Shown: piece after piece, positions 39,788-52,799 of the stretch
Numbering within the stretch: position 1 is the stretch's first letter
Layout: each line of letters opens with the position of its first letter
Assembly (NCBI GenBank): GCA_951406725.2
Contig: OX597823.1
Span: 37,820,001-37,884,000, forward strand
DNA: 64,000 nucleotides
Reading direction: 5' to 3'
Source of the DNA: Octopus vulgaris
Lineage: Eukaryota
The notes under the pieces: model-generated
What the model was told of the DNA's origin: nothing
What the model saw: the letters and a program-made list of their open reading frames with translations, nothing else
Databases searched by the model: none
Position numbers and translations under genes: made by a program

Positions 39788-40258
39788 CTGGATAATGAAT
39801 TTAAAAAAAAGTCATGCTAGATAGATATACCAAATGATATAAACACACACACACACACACACATGACTGGCTCCTTTCAATTTCCATTTACTAAATCCAC
39901 TCACAAGACTTTGTTCAGTAGTGGGACTAAAGTAGAAGACACTTTAAGATTCCATGTAGTGGGACTGAACCTGAAACCATGTGGGAAGCAAACTTCTTAA
40001 CTACACAGCCCTGCCAGTGCCTTCATTGTATAATTTTATTCTTCTACATCTTACATCTAAATGATGTTGAGGCTGACTTCCTTATTGATCAGTAAGCATC
40101 ATTAATAATTTAATTTGTTTCAGTCAGTCAACTATGTCCCTTCTCTATAAGTGTTGGCCATGTGTGTCAGGTATGGAAGATATCTTTAAACAGATCTAGA
40201 TGAACAACTGCTTTGAAATATTTGAAGAAAATGAAAACAAAACCAGTCAAATACTTAC

Positions 40259-40309
40259 AAAATAATCAACACGTGGCTCATGCATTCCTCCTAGACCATA
40301 ATTCAGAAC
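40259..40309 (-). CDS. P4HA: P4HA-like paralog A exon VLNYGLGGMHEPRVDYF (HxD changed to RxD)
   Basis: gttctcag acceptor, GTAAGT donor, 51 nt; CGT codon at 40271-40273 where paralog B has CAC. Confidence 0.92.
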
Positions 40310-40539
40310 CTGAGAACAAAACATCAACCAAAAGCATTAATATATATATACTTTAAAGATTGAAGTTGTGTAAAGCTGGAGCAATGCAAGAATGTACAAA
40401 GTAAATTAGAAAAGGAAAAGAAAACAGAACAAAGTTGCAATTTTACCTTGTATTTCTATATTTCGGGTTGAAGACCCTTTCTTCTGATCATTTGGAAAAA
40501 CAGTAGTTGGAAAAGGCTGTTGCTCAGATGAGGGGTAAA

Positions 40540-40985
40540 GGATCATTAGTGCCTCCCTTCATCTTCCCACATGGCCTCAGACTCAACACAGAGGCTTACA
40601 TCAAGTGGCTAGAGGAGGTAGTGCTGCACTGGGTCAAGAGGGTAGCTGCTGGAAGACCCTGCATCTGGCAACAGGACTTTGCACCATGCCACACAAGCAG
40701 GAGAACCCAGTAATGGCTGTCAGATAATTTCTGCCACCATATCACACCTAACATCTGGTCACCTAGCTCCCCAGACTGCAACCTCCTTGATTATCATGTA
40801 TGAGTGCAACTGAGTGAGAGACCAACAAAACTCCTTGTAACACCAAAAATGAACTGAAGGTAAGGATTATGGCAACATTCACCAATTTAAACAAGAAGAC
40901 AGTCCAGAAGAGTTGTGGGATATTCTGAAGTCATCTGAGGCCGTGGTTGAAGCCAATAGCGATTTTATTGAATAAATTTACTCTT
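40540..40985 (+). mobile_element. Degenerate Tc1/mariner-superfamily transposase 3' fragment
   Basis: WQQDFAPCH ... WSPSSPDCNLLDY remnants with stops. Confidence 0.65.
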
Positions 40986-41489
40986 TAGTTTTTAAAGATA
41001 TTTGAAATGGTATAGTGTGTCATAGAAACTGTCCATATGTACAAAGTAGTAAGAGAATAAAAGGGTGTATGTATATTATTTTTCATGGAGAATAACATCA
41101 AACATTATATATATTTCACACACACACGTACACACATACACACATACAAGCATACATACAAACATGTACATATGGTGGTGCTCCAACATGACCACAGCTA
41201 CATGGTTGAAATGAGTAAAGGAGTAAAAGAGTATATGTGCAAACATACATACACACACACATATGTGCATATATATACACACATATGTGCATATACACAC
41301 ACGCATACATACACAGACATACACATACATGCATATATAACTATATACATATTGACATTCATACATACATATATCTATAAATATACATACATACATACAT
41401 ACACACATATGTACATATAAACATATATATACTTATGTACATGCAGGCATACATATTTACACACATATGTATGTACACACATCCAATAC

Positions 41490-42090
41490 ATTGGGACAGA
41501 CATGAAAAAGTATGTACTGTCATCGATTTCAGCTGCCCTGATGATGTGAATATCCCTTTGAAAATCAAAGAGAAAGAGGATAATTATGGACAACTGCTTC
41601 GAAACCTCCAGCTTCCATATCCAGATTATAAAATCACATTTATACCAATAATAATTGGTGTACTTGGTTTTGTGAGTAAATGCCCAAGTGACAAGCTGGA
41701 TAAGCTAGAGTAGTTGTTCTCAACCATTTTTTATCTGTGGACTCCTTTGATTACTAATCTATTGTGGTTGACTCCTAAAGCTATTTGAAGTGTAAAAACT
41801 AATTTTACAGACACTCATTTCTAAATTCCTATTTTGTTTTTCACACAATAACTTGTGTTCAGTTGATCTATGTAAAATGTTTGGGAAAGAAACCTAACTG
41901 TTTCTTCAATAAATACATATAAAGCAAAAGTTTTTCATGGACCCTTACAATACTATTGTGGATCCCTAGTTTACTATTTTGCTTGTATGGACCCTCCTCC
42001 ACCCCCAATTTTATACAGACCCTGGTTGAAAATCACCGAGCTAGAGTTTTCAGAAAAAGAAATCAACCAGCTAATTCACATATTACAAAG
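41490..42090 (+). mobile_element. Dong/R4-like restriction-like endonuclease fragment interrupted by a hAT MITE (41711-42038)
   Basis: WDRHEKVCTVIDFSCP...PIIIGVLG...DKLE then FSEKEINQL after the insert; 8-bp TSD agctagag at 41703-41710 and 42039-42046. Confidence 0.7.
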
Positions 42091-42310
42091 ATGACATATT
42101 GAATATTGTGGTCTTAGATAGAAATTTCTTGAAGAAAAAAAATGGAAGAGTTGTGGCTTCAATATTTGACCCGGGGCTCAACAACAACAACAATAACAGC
42201 AACAACAATATCATCAACAACAACAACAGTGAACATGTATGAATATAGAAAGAGACTAATTCTAAGAGTAATAATGAATGTTACAAGAATCTGTGTTAAG
42301 TTGTCCTTGC

Positions 42311-42425
42311 CTGGAGTGGTTCTGCATTCGAAACAAAAACTTTAAGCTGAGTGTTTAATCCAGTGATACTTCCAATTCTGTGGGATAACCTGCGTAAAAC
42401 TGGGTCTGAATCCCATAACCAAGCA
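42311..42425 (-). CDS. P4HA: P4HA-like paralog A exon (R)AWLWDSDPVLRRLSHRIGSITGLNTQLKVFVSNAEPLQ, GC donor
   Basis: gttgcag acceptor; 115 nt, same as paralog B exon 7769-7883; ends CAG|GCAAGG. Confidence 0.9.
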
Positions 42426-43409
42426 CTGCAACATATACCATCAATATTAAAAAAAAACAGGATTATACACAATCAACTTAAAATACTGGATTATACAGAG
42501 TCATTATATAAACTAGATTATACAGGATTAACATAATACTAGAATATACAGGATTAACATAAAACTGGATTATATAGGATCAACATGAAAGCTGGATTAC
42601 AGAGGACAAAAAGAAGTGATCATTTGTACCACATGAGAATATGCACACACACACATGCAAGTACATGCATACACACATACACACAAGCACATGCACGTGC
42701 ACAAATGCACGTACACACATGCACACACACACACAAACACACGTACACACACACATGTGCATACATGCACACTTGTAACTCTGGTAGAATGTGTTTGATG
42801 TAGGCACAGCCTGCTACCTAACTAATTCAATATATTAATTAATAACACTGTAACAAAATTTTAATTTTTTTTTTTGTCTTTGGTCAGTAAGTGTTATTTC
42901 ATATTTGATTCTAACTAGAATTCAAAGGAATTGACTACTATTCCATTCAAGCTTCATTTTCGTGATCTAGACATCAATGTTTTGAAACTGACCTATTTTC
43001 CATTACATTTCACACAAATTCATCACTGAGTTACTGAAGCAGAAAAATCTTTACAGCAAATATTCTGCTCAATATCATAGATTTGCTAATCAGTTGCTTG
43101 ATCTTATTCACTGGAGCATGTCCCTCGGTGGCTGATAATATGTGCATCTCTGATCACAAGTAGAAGTGGTAGGGGAAGTACTATAGCCATGTGTTGAGAA
43201 GGATTCTTTGAGGTTTGAATGAATTTTGTAACAAAAGCAAAGTTTGAAGGAAATGATGGCCATTTTTCATACTTTTTAGGGGTATGCAAATAGGAAATAA
43301 CAGTTGCTACCCAAGGACAAAAACATGTTACACAGTGTAATATCGTACTTAGGAGGTGCATTGCCCCAGGATTATTAAACCGATTAAATGGATAAAAATT
43401 GTTTTTTAC

Positions 43410-43477
43410 CGTTGACTTATAATGTCTGTTTTCATGCCCTGAATGATGTCATCATCACCAACTTTGGAGCTGTAAAA
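43410..43477 (-). CDS. P4HA: P4HA-like paralog A exon FYSSKVGDDDIIQGMKTDIISQ(R)
   Basis: atctttag acceptor, CG|GTAAAA donor, 68 nt, phase 0-2; aligns with paralog B exon 8929-8999 (S.VG..D...ISQ). Confidence 0.82.
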
Positions 43478-44139
43478 CTAAAGATAAAAACAATTTCCTA
43501 AATTATTACATGTTTACAAACTTCTTGGGGAAGTATCTCATTGATTTAACTGTCCCCACCCCACTCCAGCTACCATCAATACTTGATTGGGATTTATTTG
43601 ATCAAACTCCAGAAAAATATTAAAAGACATACTAAACCTATGTGGGATTTAAACTCAATACTGCAAATAATTCTGTCCAAGCTTGACCCGTTTTGCCAAC
43701 TATTGCCTTATATTACTACTACTACTACTAATAATAATAATGATTTCAATTTTTTGGTCACAAGGGCAAATTGGGGGAAGGGATTAAGTTGATTACATTG
43801 ATCCCAGTGAATAACTGGTTCTTATTTAATCGACCCCAATGAAAGGCAAAGTCAACCTTGGCAGAATTTGAACTCAGAACATAAAGATGGACAAAATACC
43901 TATTTCTTTACTACCCACAAGGGGCTAAAAACAAAAGAGACAAACAAGGACAGACAAACGGATTAAGTCGATTATATCGCCCCCCTCCCAGTGCATAACT
44001 GGTACTTAATTTATCGACTCCAAAAGGATGAAAGGCAAAGTTGACTTCGGCGGAATTTGGACTCAGAACGTAACGGCAGACAAAATACGGCTACGCATTT
44101 CGCCCGGCATGCTAACGATTCTGCCAGCTTGCTGCCTTG

Positions 44140-44209
<70 letters not shown>

Positions 44210-46558
44210 TTTCTTTTATTTGCCACCAAGGCAAAGGATGAGGGGACAATACAAAGACAAACATAAAGTGTGGGGGTTTACATATAATGGCATGATACAA
44301 TAAAAAGTATACATAGTATACATTAGAAGAAGGGAAGTATACATAGTATAAGACACTAGAAAAAGATGGGGAAAAAAAAGGATTATGATATAATCCCCCT
44401 GATTCAGGAGGACCTCTAGGGATAGTCAAGGAACCCCACCATCCAAGTGAAACTTGTAAAAGTCGATGAGGGTTTTACCAAAGAGGAAAGTTTCTGTCCT
44501 CATTCCTTTCAGCCTCGTCCACCAGATAACCTATTTCACCACAGCCACCAAGCTGACTTGCCAGCCTGATTAAAGGAGTGCAGTGGCACAATCATCATTA
44601 GGGACTCAGATAACAAACTGATCTGTCCTACATGTGACAGCAGCCATTTGACATAACTCCACAAGTCAGCAATACCTGGACACTGAACGAGTGCATGCAG
44701 AATGGGTTTGTCACTCTGCGAGCACCTTGGACAAGCTCAACTGACAGTACATTCGTACCTGTAGAATTTATCTCAAACCATTAGCACCCCACCTATAGCA
44801 CCCCCTCCCATAACAGTCCTCGATTGGAAAGTCGTTGCACTTCTCCACCAATCCTGCTGCCCGATTTGTAGAGGACAGTGAGTGCTAGACAACATTCTAA
44901 GTGCCAGGCACCCAGTCTCGGCCTATCCTTTACCCATGACTGCAGCTCCATCAAGGAGATGAGCTGCGGAAAGGTGTGTCTCACAAATGGAGCCCACACA
45001 CATTCACCTTCTAAAAATCACTGCAGGTGTTGCAACCCAAGTGAGTGCCTGCACATTAAAATCCATGGCATGCCTAAGCTGCCAAGCAAAGGAAGTTGGC
45101 AGCAGATCAACCGCCTGACCATTGGAACACATCCTTTCCACAAGAAAATAAACAGGATATACTCCAATCTAATCAAGCAGTAACTGGGGCAAGGCACAGC
45201 AGTCAGAAATAAATAATGACAGAGATGATGTAGGCATTTACTACTGCTGCCCAACCTTTCAGGGACAACTTCCTCTCTGCCCATTTCTAGTTAAGAATAG
45301 TCACCCTGTTCATCACCTCTTCCCAATTCAACTGATCTAAATTGATTAAGGCCCCACCAAAGCCAGCTTTAGTCTCAGCCCTCTCTATGATGTATCACAT
45401 AAGGTGGAGGTTGTCGTGGATAGACCTGCTCAGAATTGCGCATGTTTGTGCTTCCCTGACCAGACTACCAATGACAAACTGCAACCTTGATTTTGCAGCT
45501 ATTGATCTTGTTCTTGCAGTTTTTATTGGAGTGGTTGTGAATTGTGTTGCAGTTGTGGTTTCAGAATAAGATTTTGTTGATTTCTTGGAGTAGGGCTATG
45601 TACACTCCTCCTCTTTCACCTACCCCCTTTTGTCACTGTGATCCATTGATCATTCAGCTCTTCCCTCTCCATGTCATTGCAGTTGATGTTGGTTTGGTGA
45701 GAAAAGCATTCAGGAGAAACTTGCTTTTTTGTGGCAACCAGGGGTAGACTCCTTCTTTGTCTTGGTTTGGGAGTGGGTGTGCGCGTGGGTGTGGGAGAAG
45801 GAGTAGGAGTCTTTTACACTTGCTTATGATTTAGCACTTGTGGTACTTGTAATGTTAGTTGTGGTAAGACTTTATTTTTCTTTGTTTCAGAGCAGGAAAC
45901 CTTTGAGTATTTTACAGATTCAAGGGCTCATACGGCTGTAAAGATCAGCTACAGATCATTAAAGCCATAACTGAAGACTGCTGCAGAAAAAAGAAGAGTC
46001 TAAGTATGGCCTGGATCGATTACTGAATGGCTTTTGATAGTATTTCCCACACACGAATCCTAGAAACACTAGCCATGAACAAGGTAGCACCAATAATCAT
46101 AAAATATATAAAACATTCCATAAATAAATGGCAGACAGTGCTACAGCTCCAGACGAAGCAGTTTGTTGGGAGCTCTGAAGATCACACCAGTCCATCAAAC
46201 TTAATGATAACAGCAACAACAACACTAAGAAAATCATAATAATCAACCAGGTGTAAGTGAAATACATAATAGAATATATTAAACATTTTGTACAAAAAAA
46301 ACAAAACAATTACAGACAACTTCCCAACAAAGATGTGAGAACCGACATCCTGGTGAGAATTAATGTACCCCCACCATCCCAACCATCCTCTGCTTACAGA
46401 CCTTTCCATTTGGTATTTTCAAATGTGTTTGTGAACATCTTCAGTGTTGGCCATGTTGAGAAAGAATCCTACATCCTTTTGAAAGATGAACTTTAGCTGT
46501 TGACTTTTGCCATTTATAAACAATTGGTTCACCCCTCCCAATAATCTATCATCTAGGT

Positions 46559-46819
46559 CAGTGGTTATCAAGCATTTTTTGCCTATGGACCCCTTTGACT
46601 TCTATTTTACTAAGGGAGCAGGGACCCTTATAGCTGTTTGTTATCTAAAATCTCCTCCTTATATCTTTATGCTTAAATATTATTAGGAACTGTGTAAAAA
46701 TATTATTAAATTATTTTATGTATCATTGAAATTAAACCAGTTTTATTGTTCATAAATTTTAAGAACAAAATCTTATATGGACTCCCTAGGGCCATATTGA
46801 TCCCAGTTGAAAACCATCA
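46559..46819. mobile_element. hAT-like MITE
   Basis: 8-bp TSD atctaggt on both sides; termini cagtggttatcaa / ttgaaaaccatca. Confidence 0.7.
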
Positions 46820-47884
46820 ATCTAGGTTTTCAATAACTTCAAATGCCATCTCTTCTTCAGTCAGCCCTATATTTCTTTTGTCTTCCTGTGAGTTATTCAG
46901 CAAATTCACCAGGTTATCATTGATGCTTCAGAGAACTGTGAATCTCAAGCAATCTGGGAAATTGAATGTCTCCTTATGAAAGACTTCCAACTTCTGGGCC
47001 TACTTTTAATCTGCCCTGCTTTTTTTTTGGTTACTGGTCCTGACACTTACTCACCATCCCCACATTTCTCTTGTCTCTATCTCCTACCTAATGCCACAAG
47101 ATGATGGAGTGCTACTACAGCTCATAGTCCCTGGTCTGTCCTGTGGTGGAGGAAACTTCTTGGCTTCTAAGTATTCTACTTCAGCATTGACTCCTTGGTG
47201 CTGGTGGCACTGAGGAGGAGAGGAATTCATTTGCCTTCACTCTGTTTATATTCGCTGGTGCTCAAGAAACAACAGCTGCATTCATTTCTATTTCTGACAT
47301 ATGTTGTCGGTGTTGTTGTTGTTGCTGTTGTCTCTGCTGCTTTGTCATCCTTGATTTTTGTTGACTTTTGGGTTGAAGGTTCTCAGGTAGTCTTTAATAC
47401 CATTCTTGTCGCAAATGAACTTTCTGCCCTACATCACTACTGTGATTGCCCCACCTCTTCTCCACTCCACTACTCCAGTATTGTTCAGCTCTGGGATTGC
47501 TTTATGGTCTTCAGGGGTCATTAGGATACATCAAGACCTGGAATCCTTTAACAAACTCTAGCAAACCACATACTGTCACAGGCTCTCTCCACATAAATAT
47601 CTCAGTAAAGGTGACGATAAGTAGCAAGTTGACATCACTACAAATATTTCAAGCACTGACCCTTGTATTCTTATCCCTTATGTACTGCAGCGCCAATCTG
47701 CAAGCAGGTGTTTAGAGACCCAAATGCCTGCTTACTGTGTGAAACTTCTTCCTGGCTTCTAGCCTTATTCTTGGTCTTAAAGACTACCCAGACACTTCCT
47801 TGTGTCTTCTTTTCATTGACAGAACATACATCTTGTCTCACTTTCACCATTGTCAGGGCTTCTTCATACCATTTTCATTGGTGT

Positions 47885-47946
<62 letters not shown>

Positions 47947-48112
47947 ATGTGTGAGAAAGAAAGAAGAGAAGAAAAAAGGAAAGGAAAGAAAGAAGAGAAA
48001 AAAAGGGAAAAAGGAAGGAAAGAAAGAAAGAAGAAAAGAAAAAGGAAAGAAGGAAGGAAAGAAAAAAACAAGAAAGAAAGGATATAAAGAAGATTAAGCC
48101 AAAATTCTTTGC

Positions 48113-48277
48113 CTTTTGCTGAGATTCTTCCAGGATGTATTCGATTTCTTCATCTGTAATGACATCATGGAAAACAACAATTTTGGGTTTATAACTCATG
48201 ATCTCCTCTTTTACTCTGGAATAATGGTTCTCTGTTGGCCGCCAGATACATTTCAGTTGGGCTCTTCTAGAACTTGA
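48113..48277 (-). CDS. P4HA: P4HA-like paralog A exon SSSRRAQLKCIWRPTENHYSRVKEEIMSYKPKIVVFHDVITDEEIEYILEESQQK, GC donor
   Basis: aattacag acceptor; LKC...KEE....P.IVVFHDVI.D.EIE motif; ends AAG|GCAAAG at the codon where paralog B has AAG|GTAAAT. Confidence 0.9.
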
Positions 48278-48737
48278 CTGTAATTATTGAAAACCAAAAA
48301 AATTATCGTTTATGAATTCAACATTATAAGGTAAACAAATGACAAAAATCACACACACCCAAATTTTCTTTTGTACAAGCCTTGCATCATTTACCTTCCT
48401 TCTTCCACACATTTAATGATAGACTACTGGACAATAGATTCTCTACCAAAACTAAATGCCATCCACAATACAAGCTTTTGTGTTTACTTCCAACTCGTTA
48501 CAGTTGTGTCATTACATAACAATGGAATAAAACCTGTAATAATTATAGACTATTTTTGGTCAATTCATTCTACATCCAGAAATTATTAACTTGTCATACT
48601 CAGCCTTTTCTAAATGGTCCCATCCCCACATGTCACACCTTACTTGTATTGAATGCGGGGCTAAACGACAACAACAGCAACAACAGTAATTATTGCTTCT
48701 AGTCAGTCCAGACGAGCTGTAAAACACACTCATATAT

Positions 48738-48903
48738 AGGCGCAGGAGTGGCTGTGTGGTGAGTAGCTTGCTTACAAACCACATGGTTCCAGGTTCAGTC
48801 CCACTGCGTGGCATCTTGGGCAAGTGTCTTCTACTATAGCCTCGGGCCAACCAAAGCCTTGTGAGTGGATTTGGTAGACGGAAACTGAAAGAAGCCTGTC
48901 ATA

Positions 48904-48934
<31 letters not shown>

Positions 48935-49145
48935 CAATGTGTGTGTATATGTTTGTGTGTCTGTGTTTGTCCTCCCAACATCACTGGTGTGTTTACGTCC
49001 CCGTCACTTAGTGGTTCGGCAAAAGAAACCGATAGAATAAGTACTGGGCTTACAAAGAATAAGTCCCGGGGTCGATTTGCTCGACTAAAGGCAGTGCTCT
49101 AGCATGGCCGCAGTCAAATGACTGAAACAAGTAAAAGAGAGAAAA
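48738..49145 (+). mobile_element. Second tRNA-derived SINE family with internal microsatellite (other copies near 8095, 11905, 31597, 49548 on the minus strand)
   Basis: ggcgcaggagtggctgtgtgg...ggttcagtcccactgcgtggc...gaaactgaaagaagcc recurring; tRNA-like A/B boxes. Confidence 0.8.
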
Positions 49146-49514
49146 GAACTATAGACAGCCTCATTAAACATCTTAACTCTAAACACTATGCTGAGATGTG
49201 ACCCATCAATGATAAAGGCAGAGGAACAGAAATTGTAATGTTCCCACTGAACCCATCTTTACTGCCAATTGTGACCCCCACAACTGGCTAGTATTTTTAT
49301 CTTTTATATTTTACTTGTTTTAGTTGTTAAGCTGCAGTCATGCTGGGGTATCACCTTGAAGAATTTATAGTCAAACCCAGTACTTATTTAAAACTCTTTT
49401 TTAACCTTGGCACTTATTCTATCTGCTAAGTTATGGGAACATAAACACACCAACACTGATTGTCAAGTGGTGGTGGGGGACAAACTCAGACATAAACACA
49501 CTCACACACACACA

Positions 49515-49549
<35 letters not shown>

Positions 49550-50262
49550 GCTTCTTTCAGTTTCCATCTACCAAATCCACTCATAAGGCTGTGGCTGGCT
49601 TGAGACTATAGTGGAAGATACTTGCTCAAGGTGCTACACAGTGGGACTGAACCGAAGACCATGTGATTAGGAAGCAAGTTTTTTTCTACACAGCCATACC
49701 TGCACCCGTATAAAAGTAATTTTCTCAGCCCACTATTCTGTACACCATACAATGAACCACCCTGTGAAGAGTACAATATGGTCCTCTATCAGTTGGGGGT
49801 GATGCATGTCTAGAACAATAGATATGTGAATTGCACCCAGTCACTTGATTAGTTACCTCTGTGCCATGGTTCTAAACAAGATCTAAACTACAATAATGAC
49901 TTTGTCAAAGTATTAGTTACTCTCTGACAGATTCATGGTCGAGCCTGTGTTAATGGAGACTTCCACTGTTCTTGGCCCCCAGACCATATCCCTGTTCACT
50001 GCTATGAGGGCAGAGATTGCAATCTGCAAGTGCAAGCCCCATGATTTAGAGTAGCTAATCCAGCACATCTCATTTGCCATCCTCTGAGGCAATGCCTTTT
50101 CCATTTTGTCTGCTGAGACTAGGAGGTGGTCTGAATTACAGGAAATTGTACATTCCACTCTTTAATGTAAAGTTACTCCAAATAATAGTTGAGAACAAAC
50201 AATAACAACAGCTACAGATTATAAACAAGGCTAATTGGAGAAAACAAAGTGAAGAAAATTAC

Positions 50263-50414
50263 CAATAGATCTTCCCCTCGACATAACGCTTCATATTGGC
50301 TGCTGGTGGAATTGATAGGTTTTTCAAATATTTTAGTTCTTTTGCTCTCAGGAATACTTTTCAACTTCTTTTTCAAAAATGCCTTTTCTCTTTGACAACC
50401 TTTGTCATTTGTTT
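50263..50414 (-). CDS. P4HA: P4HA-like paralog A exon (K)TNDKGCQREKAFLKKK...SSQYEALCRGEDLL
   Basis: ctcattcag acceptor, TTG|GTAATT donor, 152 nt, phase 1-0; YEALCRG hallmark. Confidence 0.93.
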
Positions 50415-51194
50415 CTGAATGAGAATGATCAAACTTTATAAATATTTATTACAATGGGCCACTAAAGGAAAAATACAGTTAAACAAGTGGAAGAGTGGAG
50501 TGGGGTTTAAAGAGATTGACGTAAAAATTTGACAATGAATGTTTTTCTGTTACAATAATCTCTTTCCATGAACCTCTGTATGTGAGTGGTCATGTGTCTA
50601 ATGAACATTTTGTGGTGTGATGGAAGTATCACTGAAGACTTAATCTGGTGAAGAGGTTCTTAAACTTCTTTGTTCAGTGCCTCCTTTAAAATATTTGTAA
50701 ACCTAATTGTTTCATTAATTAATTTAACAAGTTAATGATTTAATTATTATAGAATACCGGCCAATACTCAACACTTCGAGGACAAAATATTTTTGAGAAA
50801 GCAAGGCTTTACAGAGGAACATCATATAGATAAAGGAACCATTATTCATTGCTGTAGACGTCGTCTTTGACACTGACTTTGCAAAAAGTGAATTCCTGAA
50901 GTTGAGAAGTAATTACATGTCACCAGTAGCACATGTGATATAACACACACACATACACATACACACACGCGTGTGCGTGTGCACACACACACACACATGC
51001 ATGCATAAAAATATAGAATTTATATATAAATAAATATATATAATATATATATCTTCATATCCATACATATGTTCATAAAATATATAATGTTATATACACA
51101 CATACACAGACATAAATACGATGTGTATATATAAATAAACCATCGTACTTTGGCCGAGAATAAACTATTGTACTTTAGCCAAGAATAAATCAAT

Positions 51195-52125
51195 GTACTT
51201 GGTATTGGTTGGCTTAGAGAAAGCATTTGACAGTGTACTCCACTGTGTGATATGGTGGGATCTGAGGAAGTTAGGGGTAGATGAAAGGCTTGTGAAAGCT
51301 ATACAAGCCATATGCAGATGTTCTGTCAGTAGGGTGAGAGTTAATCATGAGTATAGTGATGAATTTAGTGTAGAGGTGGGCATTCATCAGAGTTGGTTCT
51401 CAGTCCCCTCTTATTCATCATTGTCCTCCAAACCATAACAGAAAGTTAAGACTGGCTACTCCCAGGAACTGTTATATGCTGATGATCTTGCTCTTATAGC
51501 AGATTCTGTCACAAAAGTAGAAAAGAAATTCCAGGTGTGAAAGAAAAATCTGGAATGTAAGGGCCTTAAGATTATCTTAATATAGACTAAGGTTCTAGTA
51601 AGCAAGAAGACAGACAGACAAACTGCTCAATATGTAGAAAAGGGGTAGGAATTCCATATGGAATACCCAGTGCAAGCTAAAGACAAATAAGAGGTGCAGT
51701 GGAATAATAGGAAGGTTATAAGAGAAAGTAGTGTTTGTATGTGGAAGATGCACAGTAGCAATAAAAGCTACAGATACTTGGGAAATTGATTTTCTCAAAT
51801 TCCCTGGAGGCTCTTTGGAGGCAGTGGACAATTTCTGCTACCTAGGAACCTAATTAGTGGTGGGAGAGTGCATGGAAAGTATAATTGCTGGAATAAGAAT
51901 AAAATGGAGAAAATTCAGAGAGCTTTTACCTCTGTTGGCAACCAAAGGTCTCTCTGTCCGAGTGACAGGAAGATTCTGTGATACATGTATACAAACAACA
52001 ATGTTACATGGTAGTGAGGCGTGGGCCTTGAATACAGAAGATATGGGAAGATTAGAGAGGATAAAGTTAGTATGCTCCACTGGATGTGCAATGTCAGTGT
52101 ACATGTGTGACAGAGCCTTACAAAG
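51195..52125 (+). mobile_element. Degenerate RTE-like LINE reverse transcriptase fragment
   Basis: LEKAFDSV...LRKLGV, GIHQ..., LLYADDL, LHGSEAW remnants with frameshifts and stops. Confidence 0.78.
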
Positions 52126-52759
52126 AAGATAACTAAAGACTGAGATATCTAGTTCATTGCTGTACTTGAGAAGACCATAGGAGAATTGATACTGGTGCTC
52201 ATGCGTCATAAAAAAACTCTTGTGCTGGTGCCACATAAAAAGCACCCAGTACACTCAGAGGAGTAGCTGGCATTAGGAAGGACATCTAGCTATAGAAACC
52301 ATAGTAAAACAGACCATGGAGCCTGATGCAGCTCCTGGCCTTTCCAGCTCTGGTCAAACCATCCAATCCATGCCAGCATGGAAAATGGACATTCAATGAT
52401 GATGATAATGATGACGAAGACAACATACAAATATAGAATTTATATATCAATTTTTACATGTCTTATGTTTATCTATATATACATACATGCATACATACAT
52501 ACACACATACATACATATATATATCATCATCATCGTTTAACGTCCACTTTCTATGCTAGCGTGGGTTGGACGGTTCAACTGGGGTCTGGGAAGCCAGTCT
52601 GATCTGGCAGTGTTTCTACAGCTGGATGCCCTTCCTAATGCCAACCACTCCGTGAGTGTAGTGGGTGCTTTTTACATGCCACCGGTACAGGTGCCAGACG
52701 AGGCTGGCAAACGGCCACGATCGGATGGTGCTTTTTATGTGCCACCGGAAACACACATA

Positions 52760-52799
<40 letters not shown>

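Noticed and set aside
42459-42605. Short repeats (ctggattatacagg-like) that look superficially array-like
   Set aside because: Degenerate minisatellite without unique spacers in a eukaryotic intron; not CRISPR
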